Shown here: positions 49,556 through 59,229 of the stretch, piece by piece
How positions within the stretch are numbered: position 1 is the stretch's first letter
How the letters are laid out: every line of letters begins with the position of its first letter
Assembly (NCBI GenBank): GCA_963667785.2
Contig: CAXXMU010000006.1
Location: 896,001 to 960,000, forward strand
From: Alphaproteobacteria bacterium
Lineage (GTDB): Bacteria; Pseudomonadota; Alphaproteobacteria; UBA828
Direction of reading: 5' to 3'
DNA: 64,000 nt
Notes under the pieces: generated by a model
What the model was told of the DNA's origin: nothing
Database searches by the model: none
What the model saw: only the letters and a program-made list of their open reading frames with translations
Position numbers and translations under genes: made by a program

Positions 49556-51633
49556 GCTAAGCGTTCACCTATTGTGTTTCGCAGGATGGTCTCCAGGTCT
49601 TGAATGGTGCCGTTGTTGTCGAGTGTAGAGTCTGCTAAGCTCCGCATGACTTGCACGTTCTGCTCAACCGGGTGGGTGTCAGCACGACGGAAGGCGTCTT
49701 CCGATGCATCTGCCTCCGAAGTGTATCGTCGGGCACGAAGGGCCAAGGTCGCTTCGACGTGAAGGTGGAGGGCCGTGGTTCCCCATCTTTCGCGCAAGAA
49801 GGCTCTATCCTCAGGGTGTCTCAACCCGTCAACCACAACCCGTGAGTAGTGTTCGACGCACGCGGCCAGCTTGTTTTGGAGTTGTCGTTGTCCGAAGCGG
49901 CTGCGATGAGCTTCCTCGCCGAATTCCTGAAGGGCGTCCCTCGTGACCGGGGTTCCACGTGCGCGAAGCTCTCTCGCAATGATTTCGCTGAATCGGCAAT
50001 ATTTAAATCCCATGCATTCCAATAATCTCGCTGCAGTGGTCTTCCCTGCCGCGATCGGTCCGCTAAGGCCAACCGCGATGGTGGATCGGAGATCAGGCGA
50101 GCGACGGTTGACCGTTGGCACGACCAAGTAGTCCTCCTCTGTGCTTCCGAGTGCTTCCCAGTAGCCTGCGAGCATGAACTGACCAACCAGGGCGGATGTC
50201 GTTGCGTCGAGTTCGTCATGAGAAACCCTGAGTTCGGTGCCAAGGTCAGCGTAACCGAAGCGGCGCAAACCTTCGGTGAGGTGTTTCAGGCTTGTCTTTT
50301 TTCTAGGGATCCCCAAGATGTCCTGGGCAGCTCCTGGGTAACTCTCAATGACGGGGATGCCAAGTTTCCTCAATCGAGTCGCTAAGTCGACGCCACGCCT
50401 AGTTAATCTCTGCATACTGGGAAGCAGCGCTGGATAAACATGAACGCCCCTACTGCGAAGTATGCGTTCTGCTTCTCGAACGATTCCAAACTCGCTGCGG
50501 CCAGGATCGTCGTCAAATTCCGAGATTCGTCCCTCTGGAAGTGAGAGTGGGGAGTCGATTGAAACGAGAAAGGGTTCGGTGTCCAAGGTTCTCTTGATTA
50601 AGTCGGCATCTGATGCGACCACATTCATCGTCAGATGTTGGCCCGTCAACGCCGCCCATCCCGACTTGCGTTTCTCGCTGCCGGTCAAATCAAGCCCGAC
50701 GATGGTGATGTCATCCAACATTGGTGCGTTCTCACGCAGCTCTGAATAAGTGAGTCTCGGACCGACGGTACCAGTGTATGGACTGATGGATATGGCATTG
50801 CCGTCGCTGACGGCTTCAGCATGCGGGAAGTAGATGCTCGATCGGGGGAAGAGGCCGCTGTTTGAAGAGAGCATGACGGTGGGATGTACTACCCGGCGGA
50901 TGACCTCCTCGAAGAGAAATTTCATGCCTTCGATATCGGCATGATTGTAGCGTACCAGTTCGCGTAAGGCGTTCAGGTCGCCTTCCTTGTAGTCGAACCA
51001 TAAGGATACAGCTTCGGCTCCTGTGATTCCGCTGAGTGACCCTTCGCGGGTAAGTCCGATCTCTTGCTCGATTTTCTTCTGCCCTCCGGTCAAGCCGACC
51101 CGCTTGGCCAAGTAGCGAAGGTCGACATGACACAGGCCGGACCAATCCGTCTCGAAGTGCTTGGTGAGAAACGGGAGGTCGAACAAGGACCCGTTGAAGG
51201 TCACCACGATGGGATGCTCGTGTAGATCATGTTCGAGCTGAGCGACCTGGCTGGGGTCGACCAGTACCGTGTAAGTGCCGCCGACGGACCAGCCAACTAG
51301 GGTGACTTGATCGTAGTGAGGGCTCAGGCCCGTGCTCTCGATGTCGAGGAACACAGAGCTTTCGGGGAAGGTGGCGGCGATACGGTAGAACTCACGCTTG
51401 GGCAGTTTTCGCGCGAAGAACTTGATGTCACGAGTGGCGAGAGCCTCCTCGGAAGCCTCCACGGCGGACTGCAGCGCACTGGCGCTCTTGCGGTAGAGGT
51501 CGAGCTGGATCGGTGTGTGGCGGATGAGCTCCATCCAATCGGAGACGCCCTGGGCCCATAGCCTAGCCTCCGCCGCCGCGGAGATTCTCGGAAGGTGCAG
51601 AAATGTGCGACGGAGCAACTTTGCTTCGGGCAT
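49546..51633 (-). CDS. Fusion of YprB-like DEDD/RNase H-fold exonuclease, DUF429 nuclease-like domain and P-loop NMP kinase
   Basis: RRTFLHLP; FLDIESTG, TFNGSLFD, YNHADI; GLDLTG, IDSPLSLP, ESYP, HDELDA; GPIAAGKTT, DGLRHPED; alternative start 51756. Confidence 0.85.
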   Translation of the reverse strand: MPEAKLLRRTFLHLPRISAAAEARLWAQGVSDWMELIRHTPIQLDLYRKSASALQSAVEASEEALATRDIKFFARKLPKREFYRIAATFPESSVFLDIESTGLSPHYDQVTLVGWSVGGTYTVLVDPSQVAQLEHDLHEHPIVVTFNGSLFDLPFLTKHFETDWSGLCHVDLRYLAKRVGLTGGQKKIEQEIGLTREGSLSGITGAEAVSLWFDYKEGDLNALRELVRYNHADIEGMKFLFEEVIRRVVHPTVMLSSNSGLFPRSSIYFPHAEAVSDGNAISISPYTGTVGPRLTYSELRENAPMLDDITIVGLDLTGSEKRKSGWAALTGQHLTMNVVASDADLIKRTLDTEPFLVSIDSPLSLPEGRISEFDDDPGRSEFGIVREAERILRSRGVHVYPALLPSMQRLTRRGVDLATRLRKLGIPVIESYPGAAQDILGIPRKKTSLKHLTEGLRRFGYADLGTELRVSHDELDATTSALVGQFMLAGYWEALGSTEEDYLVVPTVNRRSPDLRSTIAVGLSGPIAAGKTTAARLLECMGFKYCRFSEIIARELRARGTPVTRDALQEFGEEAHRSRFGQRQLQNKLAACVEHYSRVVVDGLRHPEDRAFLRERWGTTALHLHVEATLALRARRYTSEADASEDAFRRADTHPVEQNVQVMRSLADSTLDNNGTIQDLETILRNTIGERLACR

Positions 51634-51993
51634 GGGCAGGCAGCGACCCGTCGTTGGGACCTCGGCACCGAGAACTTGTAGCACAAAGCGTGCCAGAGCA
51701 ATGTGGTGTGGTTCGGCGCCTAGTACTGTGGTAATTAGGTTAACGAATTCAGACACTTATCGTTCAAGCCAGTATCGACTTGGAGCAAGGACTGGCATGA
51801 GGCGGCCAAGGGAGCATGGCCGAGGATGAAATAACTGGAGAGTGTGGAAGAGCCGGAACGCGACCAGGAGGGCTAGAAACGTCTTGACGCTAGGACATCT
51901 GTCCTGTCGAACGGTGCATGATCGGACCGGACGTGAGCGGGAGAACTGGGCTAGGCTGTCATGGAGGTCTGAGCTGGGGATAGGGCGGTAGAT

Positions 51994-52008
51994 GTTGCTA
52001 TTTTGTTC
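51994..52008. promoter_or_regulatory. Candidate alphaproteobacterial LexA (SOS) box
   Basis: GTTG-ctatttt-GTTC, one mismatch to GTTC-N7-GTTC, in an AT-rich divergent intergenic region. Confidence 0.35.
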
Positions 52009-52221
52009 TATTTGAGTGAGAATGGTGTTCGATCGGGTGATTGAAGACCAAGCCCTTGGGGATAGTGGAGATGGGTCTAACAGGGCGGAAGTGATCGCGT
52101 TTCCCGCCACGGGTGCCGGCAGCAATGCCGATTCGCGCCGATCGTCTCGAGAAACGGCGGGCGGGGGTTCTCCGAGGAGAAGTAGAACGGTTCGCTCTAG
52201 AGTCGCAGCAGGTGGAAGCGG

Positions 52222-55161
52222 ATGACAGAGCCGATCCTGAATGAGGTGCTGGAGGCTACCGGCTATCTATCTGACGGTGAGCCGGCACACGGTGTGTACC
52301 TGAGTGGGGAAGCCGATGGGCTACCCAGATTCCGCGATTTTTCGCCCGATGCGCTGTGGCGGAGCGAGTCGGCACTGACCGTCTATTTCAAGTACGAAAG
52401 TGAAGATCCTTCCGAGGAACAGATCGCAGCGTGGCAGCGCGAAATATGGAATCACGGGTTCGCGCCGCTTCTGTGGGTGATTTCGCCCGAGAGCATTGGA
52501 GTCTACAACGGCTTCAGCCGGCCTCGAGAAGCTGGAAACGCGACGGTGCATCTGCTGGACACGTTCGGTCGGATCGAGGAGGAGCTCGACAGGCTCGATG
52601 CACTCGCCGGTCGGCTTGCAATGGAGACGGGTGAGTTCTGGCGCCGGGCGCGGTCTGTGCACCGTAGAACGTGCGTCGACCGGCAGCTCCTGTCGGATTT
52701 GGGCTCACTCGAGGGGGACCTCGAGTCGGAGGACCTAGATCGTCCCGGTGCGCAGGGTCTGATTGGACGTTCGATATTTGCCCAGTATCTGATCGACCGG
52801 GGAATCGTTACGCGCGAATTCTTGGAAAGCGAGTACGGTCACGGGACGCTCTCTGACATACTACGGGATCGCCAAGCTACGAAAGAACTATTCGACTGGC
52901 TTCGCGATACCTTCAACGGCGATATGTTTCCTGCGGAGAGTTCGGGCCTACCGGGAACGCGACATTTGCAGCGGGTCGCAGACTTCCTTGACGCTGTGGA
53001 TCCAGAGTCGGGACAGAGAACATTCTTTCCATATCAGTTCGACGTGATACCGGTCGAGTTGATCAGCTCGATCTACGAACAGTTCGCGAATTCCGATTCG
53101 GAGCCCAACGATGATGAGAGTGAGGAGGATGTCCATTATACGCGACTGTCGCTTGTTTCTCTGGTCTTGGACGAGATCGCCGACGGATTGGGTGGACGTG
53201 AAACAGTCCTTGACCTGAGCTGCGGGTCGGGGGTGTTTCTGGTGGAAGCCCTGCGAAGGCTGGTCGTGCACCGCTGCAACGGGAAAAGGCCAAACCGCAG
53301 GGTGATCCGTTCTGTGTTGTACGATCAAATCTATGGCGTCGACATTAGCGAGGCCGCGGTGCGCGTCGCCGCGTTCAGTCTCTACTTGGCCGCGCTGGAA
53401 CTCGACCCGAATCCGAGACCGCCGAAGGAGCTTAGGTTCAGGCCTCTCATCGGTAGAACTCTGTTTATCGCCGATTCTCGAAACGTAGAAGAAACGCCGG
53501 AGGGCAGGCGGGCTTTGACGGAAGGGGGCGAACGAAGGGCATTCGATGTCATCGTTGGGAACCCGCCGTGGAGCTACCGAGGCAAAAAGGCCCGGGCAGC
53601 TGCAAATTCGACAAGCGAATCGAGAGGCATCCGCGCGCCACGGGGCGTGAGCCTGGACTTCGTCTTGAGGGCCTTGGATTTTGCAACTCCTGATACGCGA
53701 TTGGGCATGGTCTTGAGCGGCGTCCAGTTCTTCAGCCGCAGCGGAACGGGAGCGGCCGTGTTGCGGGGCCTTTTGGAGGAGCTTTCTCCGGTAACATTGG
53801 TGAACCTGTCGTACCAGTCGAGCTGGCTGTTTCCGCGGGGTAGCCTGCCAGCAATGGTCCTCTTGGCGAGGCACCGGCCTTCCACACATGACGCAATAAC
53901 AGCTGTGCAGGTGCCATGGTCGCCGGCGGGAGAGCAAAGCCATACATTTGAGATTGCGCGCGAGGACATCGTAACGCTGCCGATCTCCGATTGGATGCGT
54001 AAGCCGGAGTGCCTGAAGACCGCCTTTTTCGGGCTGGGTCGTGATTTGGCGCTGTTGGACAGGCTGACTGATCGCTATCGGTCACTAGGAGAGCAACTAC
54101 AGGCTCTGGATACCGAGTTGCGCGGCGGCCTCAAGTATGGAGACCGCAGCCGCGATGCGCGCTTTCTTCAGGATCTTCCTGTGCTGACCAAGACGGACGT
54201 GCGGCCATTTGTCGTGTCGGACGGCCTGCATCAATTCGATAGCGATTGGGCAGAGCGTCCGCGGAGCCGTGAAACTTATCGGGCGCCGTTGGTCTTGGTC
54301 CGGGAATTTGTTCAGGCAGGGGGTCGTGCAGTGTGCGCGGTGGCTGAGCGGGATGTTGTGTTCACCGATGCCCTCTTGGGTGCGACGATCCCGCGCGAGA
54401 AAGTTGGGATAGCCTATTTGATCGCGTCAATACTAAGTTCCTCGCTCGCATCGTGGTTCTTCTTGATGACCGGTTCGACCTTCGGGCTGTCGATGCGACG
54501 TTTGCTACTCCGGGACATCGAACACCTCCCAATTCCGTCTCTGGACAGGGCGTGTCGGTCGACGGCTGGGCAGCGGCTGATCGAACTTGGTCGACGGCGC
54601 AGAACGGATCGGCTGGCCGGTCGGGACTGGCGAGAGATTGATGAGGCGGTATTTGATCTCTACGAACTGGACGAGGCGGATCGCATCGTCGCTCGTGATG
54701 GGCTGGTCCGGGCGGGATGGCAGTGGAAATCTGGCAGGGTTGCATCGGCAAGGGCGGCCGAAATGGATGCGGACATGCTTATCTATGCCCAAACGTTCCT
54801 GTCAGCGGTCGATGCTTGGCTTGCCGAGGGAAAGCGACGCCGCATGAGGGGCGAATTATTTGATCTTTCCGCGAGCGCGCCGTACCGCGTGGTTCGCTTT
54901 ATCCTGGAAGATGAGATCGGTCCATCGACGACGGGCCTGGTAAGGACGGAAGGCAGACTGCGGGATGTGCTCGACCGGATCGGAGAACGGTTGAATGTGC
55001 GCATCGGAGAGGCCTTGGTGGGTCAACGCGCGTTGCGGGTGTATGGCCCGAACGAGGTTGTAATCATTAAGCCGGCTGCTCGCCGACACTGGATGGGCGT
55101 GTCGGCGCTGGATGATGCCGATGCCGTAGTCAGCGACAGCCTTTCAGGACTTGCGGGGTGA
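52222..55161 (+). CDS. N6-adenine DNA methyltransferase with target-recognition region (Eco57I/type IIG-like)
   Basis: Motif X HYTR, motif I LDLSCGSGVFL, YGVDI, motif IV VIVGNPPW; 979 aa. Confidence 0.9.
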   Translation: MTEPILNEVLEATGYLSDGEPAHGVYLSGEADGLPRFRDFSPDALWRSESALTVYFKYESEDPSEEQIAAWQREIWNHGFAPLLWVISPESIGVYNGFSRPREAGNATVHLLDTFGRIEEELDRLDALAGRLAMETGEFWRRARSVHRRTCVDRQLLSDLGSLEGDLESEDLDRPGAQGLIGRSIFAQYLIDRGIVTREFLESEYGHGTLSDILRDRQATKELFDWLRDTFNGDMFPAESSGLPGTRHLQRVADFLDAVDPESGQRTFFPYQFDVIPVELISSIYEQFANSDSEPNDDESEEDVHYTRLSLVSLVLDEIADGLGGRETVLDLSCGSGVFLVEALRRLVVHRCNGKRPNRRVIRSVLYDQIYGVDISEAAVRVAAFSLYLAALELDPNPRPPKELRFRPLIGRTLFIADSRNVEETPEGRRALTEGGERRAFDVIVGNPPWSYRGKKARAAANSTSESRGIRAPRGVSLDFVLRALDFATPDTRLGMVLSGVQFFSRSGTGAAVLRGLLEELSPVTLVNLSYQSSWLFPRGSLPAMVLLARHRPSTHDAITAVQVPWSPAGEQSHTFEIAREDIVTLPISDWMRKPECLKTAFFGLGRDLALLDRLTDRYRSLGEQLQALDTELRGGLKYGDRSRDARFLQDLPVLTKTDVRPFVVSDGLHQFDSDWAERPRSRETYRAPLVLVREFVQAGGRAVCAVAERDVVFTDALLGATIPREKVGIAYLIASILSSSLASWFFLMTGSTFGLSMRRLLLRDIEHLPIPSLDRACRSTAGQRLIELGRRRRTDRLAGRDWREIDEAVFDLYELDEADRIVARDGLVRAGWQWKSGRVASARAAEMDADMLIYAQTFLSAVDAWLAEGKRRRMRGELFDLSASAPYRVVRFILEDEIGPSTTGLVRTEGRLRDVLDRIGERLNVRIGEALVGQRALRVYGPNEVVIIKPAARRHWMGVSALDDADAVVSDSLSGLAG

Positions 55162-55829
55162 GGCTGCCGATCGACGTTCCGGTTGTAGCCGGCCGGCCAT
55201 TTGTCACGCTCGCGCGCGAGATTGTGGCAGGGATTTTACGGATCGTTGAGGACGGTTGGGCTCGGACGCTAGCGTCGTCAGACGTGGGGGCAGACAACGG
55301 GGAAGTGGAGATCACCGAACGGCTGCGGGAAGGGATGCGAGAAGCGGCCAACGCGCGGAAGATCGAGATCAGACTGGTCGTGCTTCCGGGCACCGAGTCA
55401 CGGTCGCGCCCAGGCATCTTGAGGCCGGACGGGAGAACGGACATTCCGCTGTTGGTGATCGAAATCTTCTTGCGTTACGGAGAGCACGATCCGCACGCGG
55501 TGATTGAATGCAAGCGAGTGGCTGGTTCAAGGGCGGATCTGTGTCGTGCATATGTCGTAGAGGGCATCGACAGATTTCGATCTGGAAAATATAGCGGGAA
55601 TCACGCGACCGGATTCATGATTGGCTATCTGGTGGCTGGAGATGCTAACTCAGCAGTGTTGGGCATAAACCGGTACCTAGAGGGCAAGTCGCGAGTCGCA
55701 GATAGTCTGGATCGCTCAAGTCTGGTTGCGGCCTCCTGGGCGTGGCAAAGCGTTCATCTACGTAGCGGAGGATTGTCGATCGAGCTGCATCATGCATTTC
55801 TAGCGTTCGCCGCTTTGGCCCGTGGATAA
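55158..55829 (+). CDS. Putative PD-(D/E)xK nuclease-fold protein
   Basis: EVEIT...GRTDI...IECKRV; GTGA overlap with the MTase. Confidence 0.7.
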   Translation: MRLPIDVPVVAGRPFVTLAREIVAGILRIVEDGWARTLASSDVGADNGEVEITERLREGMREAANARKIEIRLVVLPGTESRSRPGILRPDGRTDIPLLVIEIFLRYGEHDPHAVIECKRVAGSRADLCRAYVVEGIDRFRSGKYSGNHATGFMIGYLVAGDANSAVLGINRYLEGKSRVADSLDRSSLVAASWAWQSVHLRSGGLSIELHHAFLAFAALARG

Positions 55830-55931
55830 GGGACTAGAGCCCGACAGTATCTCTGGAGAGTTACGAGCTTAGTATGGTGACGAGCGTCGATGGTTGCACG
55901 GTGATTACCCATTACGATCCCACGATCCTCG

Positions 55932-56087
55932 CTACTCTGCTGCTTCGAGATCGTCGTCGATGCTATCGCCGATGCGCGCGGCGGAGGCCTTGACGGTGTC
56001 TCGGGCGAGATGGGTGTAGCGTGCCCTCGTCTGGACTTGCGTGTGGCCCAGCAGCTTCCCGATCATCGACAACCCCTCGCCAAGCGC
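55932..56087 (-). pseudogene. C-terminal fragment of a tyrosine integrase
   Basis: Translates ALGEGLSMIGKLLGHTQVQTRARYTHLARDTVKASAARIGDSIDDDLEAAE*; no upstream gene body. Confidence 0.85.
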
Positions 56088-56222
56088 TACCCCCCGCTCG
56101 CCCAAATCCATGACCGTCCACGAAAACGGGGCAACTCCATCAGGGCTTGGCAGCCCTTGCCGACTTGGGAGTTCAGCGTATGGCGGCGGCGCGTCGTAGA
56201 GGGATTCTCCCCCCTTCCGGCC

Positions 56223-57368
56223 TCACCCTGCGACCTCGGCGATACGGTTGGCGATGCGGTTGGCAGCCGACTTGACGGGATCATTTGCGAGGTGGGCATA
56301 GCGGGCGGTGGTCTGCACCTGGGTATGGCCAAGCAGCTTGCCGATCATGGGCAGGCCTTCGCCGACCAGGAGACCACCGCTGGCAAAGGAGTGGCGCAAA
56401 TCGTGGATACGGAGGTCGGCCAGCCCCGCCCGCGCTCGGATGCGCCGCCAAGGGTGTTGAAGGTCGGTCAGATGACTGTCCTCCTTGCGGCCGGCGATGA
56501 CCCACGGATTGTCACCCCGTCTCTCGATGCCACGCAGCACGGCGATGGCCGGGTCGCCGAGATGAACGACCTTGGCGCCCGTTTTCGTTTCCGGCAGCTT
56601 GAGTTCCCCGACCTCCAGATCGACATGCTCCCAGCGCAGCTTCTGAATCTCCGAAAGCCGGCAGCCGGTCAGCATGAGGAGCCGGATCGCTGCGATCGCC
56701 GCGGGAGTTTCTGAGCGCTCTTGTTCGATCTCCCGAAGGGCGGATCCAAGACGTTGATACTCGTCGTCAGATAGAAAGCGCTCTCGTTTCTCTTCCTTGA
56801 AGCGCTTCACATGGCGACAGGGGTTGGACCCATCGGGGCGGAGCTCCCAGAGCTCGGCCAAGTTGAACATCTTGGACAATACTCCGAGCGTGCGGTTTGC
56901 CTGGTAGGGCGTCTCGCGCAGGTCGTGATGGAGTGCGGCGATATTGCTCCGCTGGACGTCCGGGACACGCAGCTTGCCGATGCGCGGGTTGATGAAGAGT
57001 TCCACCGATCGGCGGTACTCCGCGGCCGTGCTCTGCTTGCAGTGGTTGGGGACATATTCCTTGAGGAAGCGTTCGCCCAACGTCCGCATGGTCGGTGCGT
57101 TGGATCTGCGTCCCTTGGGGTTCTTGCCGGCTCTCGCATCGGTGATGATCTCGGCGGCGCGGACGCGGGCATAGGCTGCGGAGACAGCGTGAGCCGGGCC
57201 GATGGTCATCTTGATGATCCGACCCTGGTAGCGGGTCTTGACGATGAACACCTTTCGACCGGAGGGATGGACGCGCACACCGAATCCCTTGAGGTCGTCG
57301 TCCCATACGACGCGCTCGCGCTCGTGGGGCTTGAGAGCATCGACGGTTCGCTTGGTGATCTTCGGCAT
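56223..57368 (-). CDS. Tyrosine integrase with arm-binding domain
   Basis: MPKITKR..WDDDLKGFGVRV; LTGCRLSE, KTG, HDLRHSFAS, LGH, ARY. Confidence 0.95.
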   Translation of the reverse strand: MPKITKRTVDALKPHERERVVWDDDLKGFGVRVHPSGRKVFIVKTRYQGRIIKMTIGPAHAVSAAYARVRAAEIITDARAGKNPKGRRSNAPTMRTLGERFLKEYVPNHCKQSTAAEYRRSVELFINPRIGKLRVPDVQRSNIAALHHDLRETPYQANRTLGVLSKMFNLAELWELRPDGSNPCRHVKRFKEEKRERFLSDDEYQRLGSALREIEQERSETPAAIAAIRLLMLTGCRLSEIQKLRWEHVDLEVGELKLPETKTGAKVVHLGDPAIAVLRGIERRGDNPWVIAGRKEDSHLTDLQHPWRRIRARAGLADLRIHDLRHSFASGGLLVGEGLPMIGKLLGHTQVQTTARYAHLANDPVKSAANRIANRIAEVAG

Positions 57369-57533
57369 TCCGGTCTTCCCTTGGCCCGAAATCGCAGGTA
57401 CTCTATAGGTACCTGGGAAACCCAACTCGGACGCAAGCATAGCTGCGTGCGGACAACGAGGGAAGAGAAATAATATAGGGAAATCAACGTACTGATAAGT
57501 CTGTGCATCAGGTGACAACGAAGTCATGCCAAA

Positions 57534-57578
57534 CTCATAACCTGAAGGTCGAAGGTTCAAGTCCTGCCCCCGCAACCA
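57534..57578 (+). pseudogene. 3' half of tRNA-Met(CAT) (att-site remnant)
   Basis: ctcataacctgaaggtcgaaggttcaagtcctgcccccgcaacca: anticodon loop, T arm, CCA; no 5' half upstream. Confidence 0.88.
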
Positions 57579-59216
57579 CCGAGACCGACATCTCCGGCAT
57601 GGGGATGTCGGTCTTCGTGTTTTCGCGCCCGTTTCCAGCCCATTCGAGGATCGCACCAAGATCGCCGTGCAGCACGGCGTCCATCTCGGCCCATTTCTCG
57701 CTCGGGGTGAGCACGATGCGCTCGATCAGGCCGCGGATGGCCGCCGCCGCCGCGTCGCGGTCCTCCGGATGGTCCAGCGCTTCGGCAAGCCGCGCCACCT
57801 TGCGCCGGTAGACGTCCGCGATGTTGGGGTGGATGTCCGGGAGGTCGGCGGGCGCCGCTGACAGTCTCTCGTTCAGCTCGTCCTGGCGCGCCTCCAGCTC
57901 GCGCAGCCGGTCCACCATACCCCGGACGTAGCCGCCGTCCTCGATGACGGCGATCATGGCGGCGATCTTCGTCTCGACCTGGGCCAACTCCTTCCGGTCG
58001 CTCGCGCCCGAGGCGCGGCGCTCCCGGTTGATCCGGTTGGTCTCCTCGGCCCAGGCCCGCATCGCCTCGGCGGCGGCCTCCGGCGCCATCAACCGGTCCT
58101 TCGGCCCGGACAGCACGCGCTCTTCGATCACGGAGCGGCGGATGCCGCGGCCGTTCGAGCATGTGCCGGTCATGATGTGGTTGGAGCAGCCGTAGCGGTC
58201 CTGGCCGCGCATGGAATAGGGGCCGCCGCAGACGCCGCATTCGAGCAGGCCCGAGAGCAGGTGGCGCGGCCGGTGGGCGCCGTTCAGCCGGTAGGCCCGC
58301 ACGCTTTGCGTGGCCTCGATGACGGTGGCGTATTGCACCGTGATCTCGCCCTGGCGGTCCTTCACCGCCTTCCAGAGATCGTCGTCGACGATGCGGAGTT
58401 CGGGCACATCCGCGACGATCCACTCCTCCGGCGGGTTGATCCGCGAGACCCGCTTGCCGGTCTCCGGGTTCTTGACGTAGCGCAGCCGGTTCCACACCAG
58501 CCGGCCGATATAGAGCTCGTTGTTGATGAGCCCCGCGCCCCGCTTCGCGTGGCCCCGGATGGTGGTATCCATCCAGAGCTTGCCCGAGGGGCCGGGGACG
58601 CCTTCCCCGTTCAGCCGCCGCGCGATCGCGCGCGGGCTGGCGCCGTCGGCAAACTCCCGGAACACCCGGCGCACGATCTCGGCCTCGGCTTCGTTGACCG
58701 TGCGCCCGCCGCGGACCGGATCGCCCGCGCCGTCGAACGACTTCACCACGTCGTAGCCGTAGCAGAGACCGCCGCCCGACTTGCGGCCTCGACCCGGCCG
58801 CGAAGCCCCCGGTGCGTCTTCGCCGCGAGGTCCTTCAGGAACAGCGCGTTCATCGTGCCCTTGAGCCCGACATGGAGCTCGCTGATCTCGCCCTCGGCCA
58901 GCGTCACCACCGTCACCCCGGCGAAGCGCAGGTGCTTGTAGAGCGTCGCCACGTCCGCCTGGTCGCGGCTCACCCGGTCGAGGGCCTCGGCGAGCAGGAT
59001 CTCGAACATCCCCCGCCGCGCGTCCTCCAGCAGCGCCTGGATGCCGGGACGCAGGATCATGCTGTCGCCCGAGATGGCGGAGTCCTTGTAGGCACCCGCG
59101 ATCTTCCAGCCCTCGCGCCCCGCGCGCTCGCGGCAGACCCGGAACTGGTCCTCGATCGACGCCGCCCGCTGCTGGTCCGAGGAGTAGCGGGCGTAGAGCG
59201 CGCAGCGCAGGGTCAT
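57535..59216 (-). pseudogene. Large serine recombinase with a single frameshift near 58784
   Basis: N-part YARYSS...EALDRVSR; C-part recombinase and Zn ribbon (CGVCG...C..H..TC); restoring one G gives EAGKSGGGLCYGYD. Confidence 0.88.
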
Positions 59217-59229
59217 GGCTTCCGGTCTC

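Noticed and set aside
52222-55161. BREX PglX or DISARM methylase
   Set aside because: No brxC/pglZ or drmABC neighbours are present
57534-57578. Functional tRNA-Met gene
   Set aside because: The 5' acceptor strand and D arm are absent and the T stem has a mismatch
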